Virus record (IMG/VR): IMGVR_UViG_3300029922_000001
Span: 186,001 to 250,000 of that record
DNA: 64,000 bases
Reading direction: 5' to 3' (one strand)
The first letter of the stretch is position 1. Every line of letters begins with the position of its first letter. Positions 8,723-19,149 of this stretch are shown here, in pieces. The position numbers and the translations under genes are program-made. The notes under the pieces are model-generated. The model made no database searches. It saw only the letters and a program-made list of their open reading frames with translations, and had not been told where the DNA came from.

Positions 8723-10633
8723 ATGAACGAAAACAAAGTTAATAAATATAATGCGTCTAATATTGAAATTCTAGACGGGTTAGACCCTGTAAAACGTCGC
8801 CCTGGAATGTATATTGGCGATACTGGAGAAAGAGGATTTCATCATCTTTTTAAAGAGGTTCTAGATAACAGCATTGATGAAGCTATGAATGGTTATGCTA
8901 CAAGCATACACATTAAGCTACATGATGATGAACGAACCATAGAAATTAGAGATAATGGGCGTGGAATTCCAGTTGATATTCATCCAGACCGTGGAGTTAG
9001 TGCGCTTGAAGTCATTTTAACCACTTTACATGCTGGTGGAAAATTCAATAACGATTCCTATAAGGGTGGTGCTGGTGGTTTACATGGAGTTGGTATTTCG
9101 TGTGTTAATGCACTTTCTGAATTTTTAGAGGTTGTTGTTCAACGTAAAGGTGAAGGCGTTTTTTACCAAAAGTATGAAGAAGGTATTCCCTGTGCAGATG
9201 TTCGTAAAATTAAAGAAGCCACAGCACAAGGTACTTTGGTTAAATTTAAACCAAGTGCCAAGTACTTCAAAAGCTTAACCTTTGACGAAAACAAAATTAA
9301 AGATTTTCTTCAAGAAGCCGCATTTCTTAATGCTGGATTGATTTTAACTTTTGTTAGTAAAAAACACCCAGAAGGATTAAAATTCCAATTTTCAGGTGGT
9401 ATTTCTGATTACGTTAAATCATTAATGGTTAATGTTGATGGTGTATACCCAACTGAGCCTGTAATGATTAAAGGAAAGTTGGACACTATTTCTGTTGAAG
9501 TTGCTTTTCAATATTCCAATAAGGATGGTGAGTATATCCATTCTTTTGCAAACAACATTAGAACTATAGATGGTGGTTCACACGTTTCTGGTTTAAAGAA
9601 GGCATTTACTCGTGTGGTTAACAATCAAGCATTAAAGCAAAATATTCTCAAGGAAAAAGATGCTAAATTAGCTGGTGAAGATATTAGAGACGGTATTTTA
9701 GCTGTCGTTAGTGTTCGTTTACCACAAGCACAATTTGAGGGTCAAACTAAAAACAAATTAACTACAACTGAAGCCGAAACAGCTTTAAATACTGTTGTTG
9801 GAGAGGCGTTAACTACTTTCTTTGAAAAGAATCCTTCTATTCTTAAATCTATTACAGAACGTGCTATTACTAATCAGAAGGCTAAAGAAGCAGCTAAGAA
9901 AAGTTTTGATAATGAAAAGAAAAAGGGTGTCTTAAAATATAATAGACCTGAGAAATTGAAAGATTGTATTTCTAAAAAGACAGAAGAGAGAGAATTGTTC
10001 TTAGTTGAAGGTAATTCAGCCGCTGGTAGTGCTACTGATGGTAGAGATAACTATACACAAGCTGTTTTGCCAATTAAGGGTAAGATTATTAATGCCGAAA
10101 AGACTGATTTTGAATCTCTTTTTGCTAATAAAGAAGTTCAATCACTGATCGCTTCGATTGGTACAGGAATTCAGACTGACAAAAATGATAAATTCAATAT
10201 CAATGATTGTAAGTACAATAAAATCATTATTATGACTGATGCTGATATTGATGGCGCACATATTGCTATTTTACTTTTGACTTTCTTTTGGAGATATATG
10301 AAACCTCTTGTGGAAGCTGGTAAAATATACTTTGCTCAACCACCTTTATATAAAACTACCCTCGGTAAAGATATTAATTATTTTTGGGATCAAGATTTGA
10401 TGCAAAAGCACTTAAATAAAAACCCAAAGGCATTTTTAACACGCTTTAAGGGATTGGGTGAAATGAAGTCAGGAGAGCTAGGTTCTACTACAATGGATAA
10501 GCGTTTTAGGAAGTTAATTCAGATTACAGCACTTGATGCCCAACAAGCTGACGAAACATTGAGTATAGTAATGGGTAAGGATGCTGCTCCAAGAAAAGCA
10601 ATGATTATAGATTACACAAAGGATGGAAATTAA
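8723..10633 (+). CDS. gyrB: type IIA DNA topoisomerase subunit B (GyrB/ParE family)
   Basis: VKRRPGMYIG, EVLDNSIDE, DNGRGIP, GLHGVG, LVEGNSA, MTDADIDG, RFKGLGEM. Confidence 0.95.
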   Translation: MNENKVNKYNASNIEILDGLDPVKRRPGMYIGDTGERGFHHLFKEVLDNSIDEAMNGYATSIHIKLHDDERTIEIRDNGRGIPVDIHPDRGVSALEVILTTLHAGGKFNNDSYKGGAGGLHGVGISCVNALSEFLEVVVQRKGEGVFYQKYEEGIPCADVRKIKEATAQGTLVKFKPSAKYFKSLTFDENKIKDFLQEAAFLNAGLILTFVSKKHPEGLKFQFSGGISDYVKSLMVNVDGVYPTEPVMIKGKLDTISVEVAFQYSNKDGEYIHSFANNIRTIDGGSHVSGLKKAFTRVVNNQALKQNILKEKDAKLAGEDIRDGILAVVSVRLPQAQFEGQTKNKLTTTEAETALNTVVGEALTTFFEKNPSILKSITERAITNQKAKEAAKKSFDNEKKKGVLKYNRPEKLKDCISKKTEERELFLVEGNSAAGSATDGRDNYTQAVLPIKGKIINAEKTDFESLFANKEVQSLIASIGTGIQTDKNDKFNINDCKYNKIIIMTDADIDGAHIAILLLTFFWRYMKPLVEAGKIYFAQPPLYKTTLGKDINYFWDQDLMQKHLNKNPKAFLTRFKGLGEMKSGELGSTTMDKRFRKLIQITALDAQQADETLSIVMGKDAAPRKAMIIDYTKDGN

Positions 10634-13068
10634 TGGCACGTAAAACAGCAACGGAATTATCAATACCAGTAGTAGAAAAAATAGATACATCTTCATTGCA
10701 AGATGTATTAAAAAAGAATTTTAGAATTTATGCTGATTACGTTATCTCAGATCGTGCTTTACCAGACATGAGAGACGGATTAAAGCACTCTCAGCGTCGT
10801 GTACTTATTGCTATGAAAGACTTAGGATTAGAACCAAACGGTAAGTATTCTAAGTCTGCTAAAATTTGCGGTACAACTTCGGGTGATTATCATCCTCATG
10901 GTGAAGGTGTTGTCTATCCAACTATGGTTAGAATGGCTCAGGATTGGGTTTGTAGACATTGTTTAATTGAGGGGCAGGGTAATTACGGAAATATTAATGG
11001 AGAGCCACCAGCGGCAATGAGGTACACTGAAGCAAGATTGTCACAATTTGGTAATTTACTTTTAGAAGAATTAAGTCCTACTGTTGTTGACTATATTCCC
11101 ACCTATAATGATGAAAAGAAAGAACCTGTAGTCTTACCAAGTCGATTTCCTAATCTATTGGTAAATGGTGCGTCAGGTATTGCTGTTGGTTTTTCTACTG
11201 ATATTTTGCCACATAACTATATTGAAATATCAAATTTGATTTCAGCTTATGTAAAAAACAAGAAATTAAGCGTAGATGATATAATGAAAATTATGCCAGG
11301 ACCAGATTTTCCAACTGGCGGTGTCATTCGTGGACAAGATGGTGTTAAGGAATATTACAGAACCGGCAAAGGCTCTGTCGTGTTAGAAGGTGTTTATAAT
11401 GTAAAGAAAACTCCTAAAGATACACATATTATTGAAATTACAGGAGTTCCTTATCAGGTTTCCCCTGAAGCACTTACAACTCAAATCCGTGCATTATCTG
11501 ATACAAAAGTTATTGAAACCATTCTTGTAGAAGACTACTCCAATAGAAAAGAAGAAGAAATCAATATTTCTATTATTATAGAGATACCAAAACATGCAAA
11601 TGTTGATAATACTTTGGCTCATATCCTTAAAAGCACAGATTTAAGAGTTAAAATCAGCATCAATCAAACAGTTTTAATTGATAATAAGGTGGTAGAAAAC
11701 GTTCCAGTCTTGAAGTTCATTGAAAGCTTCGTAGATTATCGTGTAGATATTCTTACGAAGAAATTCAAAAATGAACTAGGTGAAGTGAACGCCAGATTGC
11801 ATATTATTGAAGGATTGATTAGTGCTATTAAGCACATTGATGCGGTTGTTGATCTAATTAAGAAGTCAAAATCCCCAAATGAAGCTATTGCTGGTATGAT
11901 TGAGGCTAAATATGTGACAACTGATATTCAAGCGAAGGCTGTATTGGCGTTAAGATTAAGCAAATTGACCAGACTGGAGACTGATACTCTACTTAATGAA
12001 GAAAAGGAATTGAATTCTAGAATGGATTTTATTAATGATTTATTCTCTAATGATACAAATATTTATAATTTTGTAGTTAAAGAACAAAAAGAACTATCTA
12101 AGAAGTATGGCAATGACAGGAAAACTCAAATTTCCACACCTGTTGATAATATCGTCATCAAGGTTCCTATTATTGAAGAAAAATTCAAGATCAATGTTAC
12201 TTGGGATGGATTCGTTAAGAAACAGCTAGTCAATCAGGTTGATGTTAGTGATGGCGTTGTATTAGGTGAACAATTAGAGGATTATTCTCGTGATTATTCT
12301 GTAACTTCTTCAAATGCTTTACTTGTTTTCACAAATAAAGGCTTATTGTATCGTAAATTATGTGCTGATATTCCTTTGACAGCTAAGAATGCTAAAGGCG
12401 CACATATCCACAATCTAATTGATCTACCTCAAGATGAACATGTTCTTGCTCATATGTTCGTGTCTAACTTCAGAGAAGATCAGTACGTAGTCATTGGCAC
12501 AACCTCTGGATTTATCAAGAAAACCTCTATTTCTGATTATGAAACCACTCAAAAGAATAGGATATTCACTTATCAACCTCTTGAAGATGGCGATGAAGTT
12601 GTTTCCCTAGATGTAATAAACACAAATGATAGTTTAGTTTGTGTCAGTAAGGAAGGATGTTTGGTTAGATATAATGAGTCTACAATTACACCTAGACCAA
12701 GAACAGCACAAGGTGTAGTTGCTATGAAGCACATAGATAATGATTCTTTAGCGGCTGTATTTAAGGTTAATGATAAGCAGAGAATTATTTTTAATACAAG
12801 TTTAGGTTTTGTAGTTACTGTTAACGTTAAAGAACTAGAAGAAGAAACTCGTTCCGCAACACCAAAACACACAATTACGATTCAGCCAGGACGAAATGGT
12901 AATCTAACGGGAATCAAAGTGGGAGACTGTATTAAATATAAGGACGGAGAAGGTAATATTCAGATTCTGCCATTTGACGCTTGTAAAGCCACTAAGCCTA
13001 TGACTGCTAAATCTAAAACAGTTGTATTAGGTAGTAAGGTCTTAAATCCCAACGATGTCCTTCTGTAA
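10633..13068 (+). CDS. gyrA: type IIA DNA topoisomerase subunit A (GyrA/ParC family; no GyrA-box seen)
   Basis: RALPDMRDGLK, YHPHG, AAMRYTE catalytic Tyr, PDFPTGG, C-terminal beta-pinwheel repeats. Confidence 0.92.
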   Translation: MARKTATELSIPVVEKIDTSSLQDVLKKNFRIYADYVISDRALPDMRDGLKHSQRRVLIAMKDLGLEPNGKYSKSAKICGTTSGDYHPHGEGVVYPTMVRMAQDWVCRHCLIEGQGNYGNINGEPPAAMRYTEARLSQFGNLLLEELSPTVVDYIPTYNDEKKEPVVLPSRFPNLLVNGASGIAVGFSTDILPHNYIEISNLISAYVKNKKLSVDDIMKIMPGPDFPTGGVIRGQDGVKEYYRTGKGSVVLEGVYNVKKTPKDTHIIEITGVPYQVSPEALTTQIRALSDTKVIETILVEDYSNRKEEEINISIIIEIPKHANVDNTLAHILKSTDLRVKISINQTVLIDNKVVENVPVLKFIESFVDYRVDILTKKFKNELGEVNARLHIIEGLISAIKHIDAVVDLIKKSKSPNEAIAGMIEAKYVTTDIQAKAVLALRLSKLTRLETDTLLNEEKELNSRMDFINDLFSNDTNIYNFVVKEQKELSKKYGNDRKTQISTPVDNIVIKVPIIEEKFKINVTWDGFVKKQLVNQVDVSDGVVLGEQLEDYSRDYSVTSSNALLVFTNKGLLYRKLCADIPLTAKNAKGAHIHNLIDLPQDEHVLAHMFVSNFREDQYVVIGTTSGFIKKTSISDYETTQKNRIFTYQPLEDGDEVVSLDVINTNDSLVCVSKEGCLVRYNESTITPRPRTAQGVVAMKHIDNDSLAAVFKVNDKQRIIFNTSLGFVVTVNVKELEEETRSATPKHTITIQPGRNGNLTGIKVGDCIKYKDGEGNIQILPFDACKATKPMTAKSKTVVLGSKVLNPNDVLL

Positions 13069-13107
13069 AATAAAGGGGTGAGCAATGATTTTATTGAAAA
13101 ATAAGAT

Positions 13108-14079
13108 ATGCTCACCCCAGGAATGATATATAGAATAGAACCAGCTACTGGTAGTGCGTCTAAAAGTATTCGATTAAAAACCAACGACGAAGCAAATTAT
13201 AATTATTTGCCCATTAATGAATGTACCTTAAATTGGGAACAAACATTTGAAATTAAATATTTGATTCAAGGTGGACCTAGAGCAAATATTGCCGATATTG
13301 GTTTGCGTGTAATTAAGGGTAAGCTATCCATGCCTTTAAGAGTAGATATTAATGGTGATTTATTACCTGGCGTTATATCTATTTTAAGATGCGCTGAATT
13401 TCAGGTCAACAATACGTATTTGGAGATTAGTACCAATCACTTTTTATCGCCTTCAGTTGTTCCATATGTTGTTGCTGATGGCTGGGCAAGTAACAATATT
13501 GGTTTATTGAATATTACAACCTGTTTAATATCTAATTTATCAATTGAGGGACGTTCTGGTGGTAATTTAACGTTAAGCTGTGATATTAGTGGAATTATTG
13601 ATTCTAGAAATATAAGTGACGTTATCAGTTTGGATGACATAGATTTATCTGGCAGAGAATTGGTTTTTGCTGATTGTAAAGCGTATAGATATGAAGCTAG
13701 ATTACCAATTAGTATGTTTCAAGTTAACGTGAAGTCTACTATTACTGAAGATGTTTTTATCAATCCACCAGGGACACCTATAAGTATGAGAAGTGATCAA
13801 GCACAGTTCATTTCAGCTAATAATTGGGAGTCTAGTGGTAAATATGAACAGTTTGTAAAGAAAAGACTTGAAAAAAGCAGTTTTCTTCAAGGTGGTATCA
13901 TGCAAAATCAAAATATGACTTTTGAAATTGGTCCATTAAAGGTTATCTACTATACGCCTATGTTTAATGTGTCTACTCAAAACATAGATCCTAAATTGAT
14001 TAAGAGAACCGCAACTTTCACAAATATAACACCACCATTTTATATGGAGAATACGGGATTCAATTTTTTTAATTATTGA
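13108..14079 (+). CDS. hypothetical protein, possibly tail tube-like
   Basis: 323-aa beta-rich ORF; resemblance to tube proteins is an impression only. Confidence 0.45.
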   Translation: MLTPGMIYRIEPATGSASKSIRLKTNDEANYNYLPINECTLNWEQTFEIKYLIQGGPRANIADIGLRVIKGKLSMPLRVDINGDLLPGVISILRCAEFQVNNTYLEISTNHFLSPSVVPYVVADGWASNNIGLLNITTCLISNLSIEGRSGGNLTLSCDISGIIDSRNISDVISLDDIDLSGRELVFADCKAYRYEARLPISMFQVNVKSTITEDVFINPPGTPISMRSDQAQFISANNWESSGKYEQFVKKRLEKSSFLQGGIMQNQNMTFEIGPLKVIYYTPMFNVSTQNIDPKLIKRTATFTNITPPFYMENTGFNFFNY

Positions 14080-14173
14080 AACGCTGGATATATTCTGTAA
14101 AACTCTATACGTTTATTTAAATACAGGAAGGAATTCTCTTTCATATGTTTAATTTATAATTAGGGGTTTAAAT

Positions 14174-15208
14174 ATGCCAATAGGTAATAAATTTAGTAGT
14201 GCTTTCAGACAATTACAAATAAGTGGTCAAACATACCTTGCTGATGATTTTACAAGAGCAAAGAGTATGGAAGTTTCAGATGTTGACCTTATCAAAGGTA
14301 CCATTTTAACTCAGGTTTTGGACATCGGTGGTGTTGTCGAAAAGTATACTGTAGAAGTTCCTATTCTTGTTGGTGGTGGTAAGCCATTAGATGGTCGTAC
14401 CCTCTTAACGACTAAGATTAACGAAATTATAACTCAAACATTTACATTACCAATTTTAGAAAGAGGCAATATAAATGTTAGCAAAGGTGAATGTAAGGCT
14501 TCTATTACTATGATTTCTGATGGTATCATCAATCCTTCTGTTTTCTCTGTTTTAGGCGAAGTTGATCCTTCAACTTCTGTATTAAATCCTGCTAATTCTG
14601 CCAATATTCCAACGAGAGTTGCAAAATGGTACGATTTCCGCATTGGTATTGGAAGATATCAGCTTTGGCTTGAACAATTATCTTTAGATGTTAACGTTAA
14701 GACTGAAAACCTTTATTTTTTTAATGGTCCTGGCGCTTTCTCGGGCAGTACAGACTTACCAAGTGGTTCTAACACATATAATTTTGGAACTCAGTTTCCT
14801 TGGATCATGGTAAAGTCTGTTGGTATCACTGGAAGTGGTACAGCCGCTGTTGAAATTGATACTGGAAATACAGATGTTGGTTATGGGGACTACAACTCAG
14901 TTAATGAAGCGTTAAACGTATCATTAGGCGCAAACGAACAAAGTGAACTAACATTACAAAGACCAGGTAGAGTTATGTGGGAACCTACAGGCTTTACAAT
15001 GGAAATTTTCCAACCATCTGACTCTGTTCCTGCTTCAGAAAATGAAAACACTACTGGAGCATGGATACCTTTGTTTACGTTAGATGGTACCAATTCCATA
15101 ATTGACTTTAGCAAGTGCGTTATCAAAAAAGCTGATTTTCACATGAAGGCAGCAGATAAGATGACTGTTAATTTCGAATTCCATTGTTGGGTTGGACAGC
15201 CTTATTAA
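14174..15208 (+). CDS. hypothetical protein, possibly tail tube-like
   Basis: 344-aa beta-rich ORF ending TVNFEFHCW; similar size and composition to the upstream gene. Confidence 0.45.
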   Translation: MPIGNKFSSAFRQLQISGQTYLADDFTRAKSMEVSDVDLIKGTILTQVLDIGGVVEKYTVEVPILVGGGKPLDGRTLLTTKINEIITQTFTLPILERGNINVSKGECKASITMISDGIINPSVFSVLGEVDPSTSVLNPANSANIPTRVAKWYDFRIGIGRYQLWLEQLSLDVNVKTENLYFFNGPGAFSGSTDLPSGSNTYNFGTQFPWIMVKSVGITGSGTAAVEIDTGNTDVGYGDYNSVNEALNVSLGANEQSELTLQRPGRVMWEPTGFTMEIFQPSDSVPASENENTTGAWIPLFTLDGTNSIIDFSKCVIKKADFHMKAADKMTVNFEFHCWVGQPY

Positions 15209-15768
15209 TGTTCTTCTAGATCATTATCATCATTATCATCATCATACCAATCATCGTTTTCATCATCGTAAAAATCGTAATTTGAACTTGAACTATCATA
15301 TGCTTCAAATTCATCTAATGCGCTTTTTACGACACCGAGTGTTACTGTTGATAGTTTACCAAATATCAATGCATCCCCAAGACTACACTGACTAGAAAAG
15401 AGTTTGTTTCTCTTTGTACGCCAAACAACTCTGCAATACACAATGTCACCTTTAACAGATTCTACAGTAATGGAATCTATATAATTTCCACAGTTTTTCA
15501 TATATTCCATGTATAGCTGATAAATTGTAGGTAACAATGAGTTGAAATGTAATTCAGCATAGTAAAAACTTAAATAATTGGCATCTCCAACAGTTAGAGG
15601 TTGAATAAACTTTTTGGATGGAGTCATTATTAAGATGAAAGGACCATGTTCAGGATCTGTGACAATCTTAGTATCTATTATTGCAACATGTTGTAAATCT
15701 TGAATAGATTTTAGTTTACGTTCAAAGGTAAATAAATCAGCACCAATTGGTATTTTTAAATTATCCAT
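15205..15768 (-). CDS. DUF151 / bifunctional nuclease-like protein
   Basis: IQPLTVGDA, LPTIYQL, ITVESVKGDIVYCRV, SLGDALIF pattern and acidic tail match the DUF151 layout. Confidence 0.6.
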   Translation of the reverse strand: MDNLKIPIGADLFTFERKLKSIQDLQHVAIIDTKIVTDPEHGPFILIMTPSKKFIQPLTVGDANYLSFYYAELHFNSLLPTIYQLYMEYMKNCGNYIDSITVESVKGDIVYCRVVWRTKRNKLFSSQCSLGDALIFGKLSTVTLGVVKSALDEFEAYDSSSSNYDFYDDENDDWYDDDNDDNDLEEH

Positions 15769-15777
15769 AATATATAT

Positions 15778-16419
15778 TTAACCCAAATCATTTAAAGAAA
15801 CCTGTGTATAATTCGATAAAGCTTTAATTTTAAACGACATTCTATGTAAACCTTGAATTTTACCATATTTTTTAATTAAAGCAATGTGTTCTGGATTACC
15901 ATAACCTTTATTGTCGGATAAATTGTAATTTGGATATGTTATAGATAATTCATCCATATATTTATCGTGTGTAACTTTTGCAAGTATAGATGCCGCCGCA
16001 ACTGACGCGCTTAAAGAATCCATTCTTGGCATCATTAACATATTTTTCATTTTTAATGGAGATTGATCTATTACGTATAAATCAATTTTTAATTTTGATG
16101 CACAAACGGTTTCTTTAATAGCTATTTCCATAGCCTTAGTATTAGATGGATTAATACCGATGCGATCTATTTCTTCTGCTTGTATAAAGGCAACATGCCA
16201 AGCAATAGCTTGTTTTGTAATTTCCTCATATAGATCTAGTCGATTTTTAGGGCTTAGTTGCTTACTATCTTTAATACCTTTTATGTTTGTGTCTGCGTGA
16301 AATATGACCGCTCCAGCGCATATGGGTCCAGCCAGACTACCTCTTGCGCACTCATCAACCCCAATAATATTGGGTCCATATTTAGCTCTAAGACTATTGT
16401 CAAAATCAAAAACGTTCAT
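15778..16419 (-). CDS. rnhB: ribonuclease HII
   Basis: IGVDECARGSLAGP, IKDSKQL, VAAASILAKV, KGYG, HRMSF. Confidence 0.93.
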   Translation of the reverse strand: MNVFDFDNSLRAKYGPNIIGVDECARGSLAGPICAGAVIFHADTNIKGIKDSKQLSPKNRLDLYEEITKQAIAWHVAFIQAEEIDRIGINPSNTKAMEIAIKETVCASKLKIDLYVIDQSPLKMKNMLMMPRMDSLSASVAAASILAKVTHDKYMDELSITYPNYNLSDNKGYGNPEHIALIKKYGKIQGLHRMSFKIKALSNYTQVSLNDLG

Positions 16420-16631
16420 TTTTTTAAGTGCATTGATAAATCAATTATATGATACAGTAGTAACACGATCATTAATAATATGTATACTCGTAACGTAAAG
16501 AGAGCTAATTTAGTCCCTTTACTTAGTTTCATTAACCCTAGTTCAGCACCATCGTATTTAACTTCTGGTTCGTCAAACATTGGGTGAATAACATAAAATT
16601 CTTTATTTTGTTTCTCCAATAGTCGCTCCAA
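16416..16631 (-). CDS. small membrane protein
   Basis: 71 aa with C-terminal hydrophobic helix; fills the gap between dnaK and rnhB. Confidence 0.55.
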   Translation of the reverse strand: MERLLEKQNKEFYVIHPMFDEPEVKYDGAELGLMKLSKGTKLALFTLRVYILLMIVLLLYHIIDLSMHLKK

Positions 16632-18387
16632 TTTTATTTACTTTGGTTTCTGCCCAAACATAAACATCATCTGAAGCATTCTTAATTATAGCTTCAACTT
16701 CCTTTGATAGTTCACTAAGGATCTCTATATTCGTAGAATCTTTTGCATCATTTAATGAAGCAAGCATATCTTCTAATTCATCAATAAATTCTTGTGTAAA
16801 TGCAGCCTTGTTATTGCGTAAGAATGATTCAATTTGAATGAGTTGTGAGAATAGAACAGCCTGACCATTTTTAATGGTCAGTTCTAATTGATCTTGTTCT
16901 TTGTGTAATTCTGCATTTTTTAGAATATCTTGAATTTCTTCAGGAGTTAATGAAGAACCACCAGTAATAAGCATTTCTACTTCAGTACCAGTGATAGCAT
17001 CTAATGCTTTAACACTTAAAATTCCATTAACGTCAATCTTAAAGGTAACATCAATCTTGGCTACGCCTCTTGGTGCTGGAGCTATTGTAAGTTTAAATTC
17101 GTCAAGTTTACGGTTATCTTTAACATTAGGACGTTCACCTTGGAAAACTTTAACATCAACAGATTCTTGACCATCTTCATAAGTGGTAAATCTTTCAGTG
17201 AATTCATGAGGGATGGTAGTGTTTCTACGAATCATAACACTCATTAACTCTCCATAAACCTCAACACCTAAACTGAGTGGTGTTACGTCAAGTAGTAAAA
17301 TATCTCTCTTTCGATTACCAGTGATCGTTGCAGCTTGAATAGCGGCACCAATTGCAACTGCTTCATCTGGATTAACACCCTTATGTGGTTCTAATCCAGT
17401 TAACTTTTTGAGTTCATCTGATACATATGGAATTCTTGTAGATCCACCAACTAAAACGATTTGATTAAGGTCTTTATAGTCTATGTGAGCATCGTTTAAA
17501 GCTTGCTTAACGGACATTAATGTTTCAGTGATCAACGGTTTAATCATTTCGTTGAATTTAGCTCTAAACATTTTATATCTAAAGGGTTTAGCACCGAAAA
17601 AGTAAGGAATTTTAACTTCGTATGATTGGTTAAATGATAATTGCTTTTTCATTTTTTCCGCAGCTTCTCTAAGGCGAGAAAGAACTGCAACATCACTACA
17701 GTCTAAATCAGGCATTTCTTTGTTTACTTCTTTGATGAAGACATTCATAATTAACTTATCAATATCGTCACCACCTAAAGCTGTGTTACCAGCAGTGGAT
17801 TTGACTTCAAAAACACCATCATCACTAAGTTTCAAAACAGTAACATCAAATGTTCCACCACCTAAATCATAGACCAAAATAGTTTCGTTTTTGTTTTTAC
17901 CTAATCCATAAGCTAATGAAGCGGCTGTAGGTTCATTGATAACTCTTAATACGTTCAAACCAGCAAGTTCACCCGCAACCATTGTGGCTTTTCTTTGATT
18001 ATTATCAAAGTAAGCTGGAACGGTAATAATAACATCTGTGATTTCTTCTTCTAAGAAACTTTCTGCATCATTTTTTAGCTTTCTAAGAATTTCTGAACTA
18101 ATTTCTTCTGGACTTAAAACTCTATCCTTAATCCTAAATCGTTTGTTAGTTCCCATATATCGCTTAATAGATCGAATAACATTTTCGGGAGTAAATGCCT
18201 CTTGTTCAATAGCAGAATTTCCAATAAGAACTTCTCCATCTACAATTGTGAAAACCGAAGGGGTGGTTCTGTCGCCTTCTGAATTTGTTAAAACTTCAAT
18301 AGTACCATCATCTTTAACGTGAGCTACGCAAGAAAATGTAGTTCCAAGGTCTATGCCGAGTACGGAAATATATTCTTTATTTTTCAT
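16603..18387 (-). CDS. dnaK: Hsp70/DnaK chaperone
   Basis: GIDLGTT, TVPAYF, INEPTAA, YDLGGGTFDV, LVGGSTRIP, LLDVTPLSLG; short subdomain IB and no acidic tail. Confidence 0.96.
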   Translation of the reverse strand: MKNKEYISVLGIDLGTTFSCVAHVKDDGTIEVLTNSEGDRTTPSVFTIVDGEVLIGNSAIEQEAFTPENVIRSIKRYMGTNKRFRIKDRVLSPEEISSEILRKLKNDAESFLEEEITDVIITVPAYFDNNQRKATMVAGELAGLNVLRVINEPTAASLAYGLGKNKNETILVYDLGGGTFDVTVLKLSDDGVFEVKSTAGNTALGGDDIDKLIMNVFIKEVNKEMPDLDCSDVAVLSRLREAAEKMKKQLSFNQSYEVKIPYFFGAKPFRYKMFRAKFNEMIKPLITETLMSVKQALNDAHIDYKDLNQIVLVGGSTRIPYVSDELKKLTGLEPHKGVNPDEAVAIGAAIQAATITGNRKRDILLLDVTPLSLGVEVYGELMSVMIRRNTTIPHEFTERFTTYEDGQESVDVKVFQGERPNVKDNRKLDEFKLTIAPAPRGVAKIDVTFKIDVNGILSVKALDAITGTEVEMLITGGSSLTPEEIQDILKNAELHKEQDQLELTIKNGQAVLFSQLIQIESFLRNNKAAFTQEFIDELEDMLASLNDAKDSTNIEILSELSKEVEAIIKNASDDVYVWAETKVNKIGATIGETK

Positions 18388-19060
18388 TGTGTAGTTCCTT
18401 GTACAATAAAATTAGTTCTGAAATAACTTTAATCCAACTATCTCTATTATAATTAGTTTTTGAGTGACATGAATAACACAAAGGTATAAGATTTTGTTCT
18501 GTGCAATTTTTTTTATTATAATCTATATGATGCACAGCTAATCTAACATTATTTTTATTGCATATTAAACATTTATTATCATATGTCTGTTTTATGTGAG
18601 TTTTTAATTTTTTTGTCCATTCTTTGGAATATGGTTCAAATGAAGTTCCTCCTTTCCAATTTGGATGATTTTCACCACTTAGTGAATTTTGACAAAGCAA
18701 TTCATATTGTTTACTTGTATATGCCCATTTACCCTTTTTAGATTCACTTAGATGTTTTTTAGTTTCATCAGAATGTTTTTTTGAGAAAAAATGATTTAAT
18801 TCACCAATTCTGGGGTTTTTAATTAAATAAGTTTTTAAACTCTCACTGATTTTTTGAGACACTTCAGGGCGACAGGATGGATTGTTTTCTCCGCTTACCT
18901 GTTTAGAACGTTTTTGACGTATTTCTTTTGCTCTTTGTTTCCCTATTCTTTCTTCCCATGTTATTTGAGATTGCCACTCTTTTTGACAATTTTTTGAACA
19001 AAATCTTTGTTTATTTTTTCTTTCAAATTCATTATTACATTTTTCACATATTAACATCAT
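18377..19060 (-). mobile_element. free-standing HNH homing endonuclease with NUMOD3-like DNA-binding repeats
   Basis: KKHSDETKKHLSESKKG, HPNWKGG, CLIC...VHHIDYNKKN...NLIPLCYSCH. Confidence 0.85.
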
Positions 19061-19149
19061 ACAACATGTATTATAAATAAAATTATTTGACCCTTGTTGA
19101 TCCTAGATCAATACCGGAAAAATAAGTATTTTTCTTGTAGAAATAAAAT

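Noticed and set aside
16258-18322. Plus-strand ORFs 16258-16452, 16304-16498 and 18038-18322
   Set aside because: Antisense to rnhB and dnaK, no recognisable features
8723-18387. Bacterial chromosome origin suggested by gyrB-gyrA, rnhB and dnaK
   Set aside because: Usual neighbours (dnaA/dnaN/recF, grpE/hrcA, ribosomal genes) are absent and the genes are interleaved with virion-type and tiny unknown ORFs
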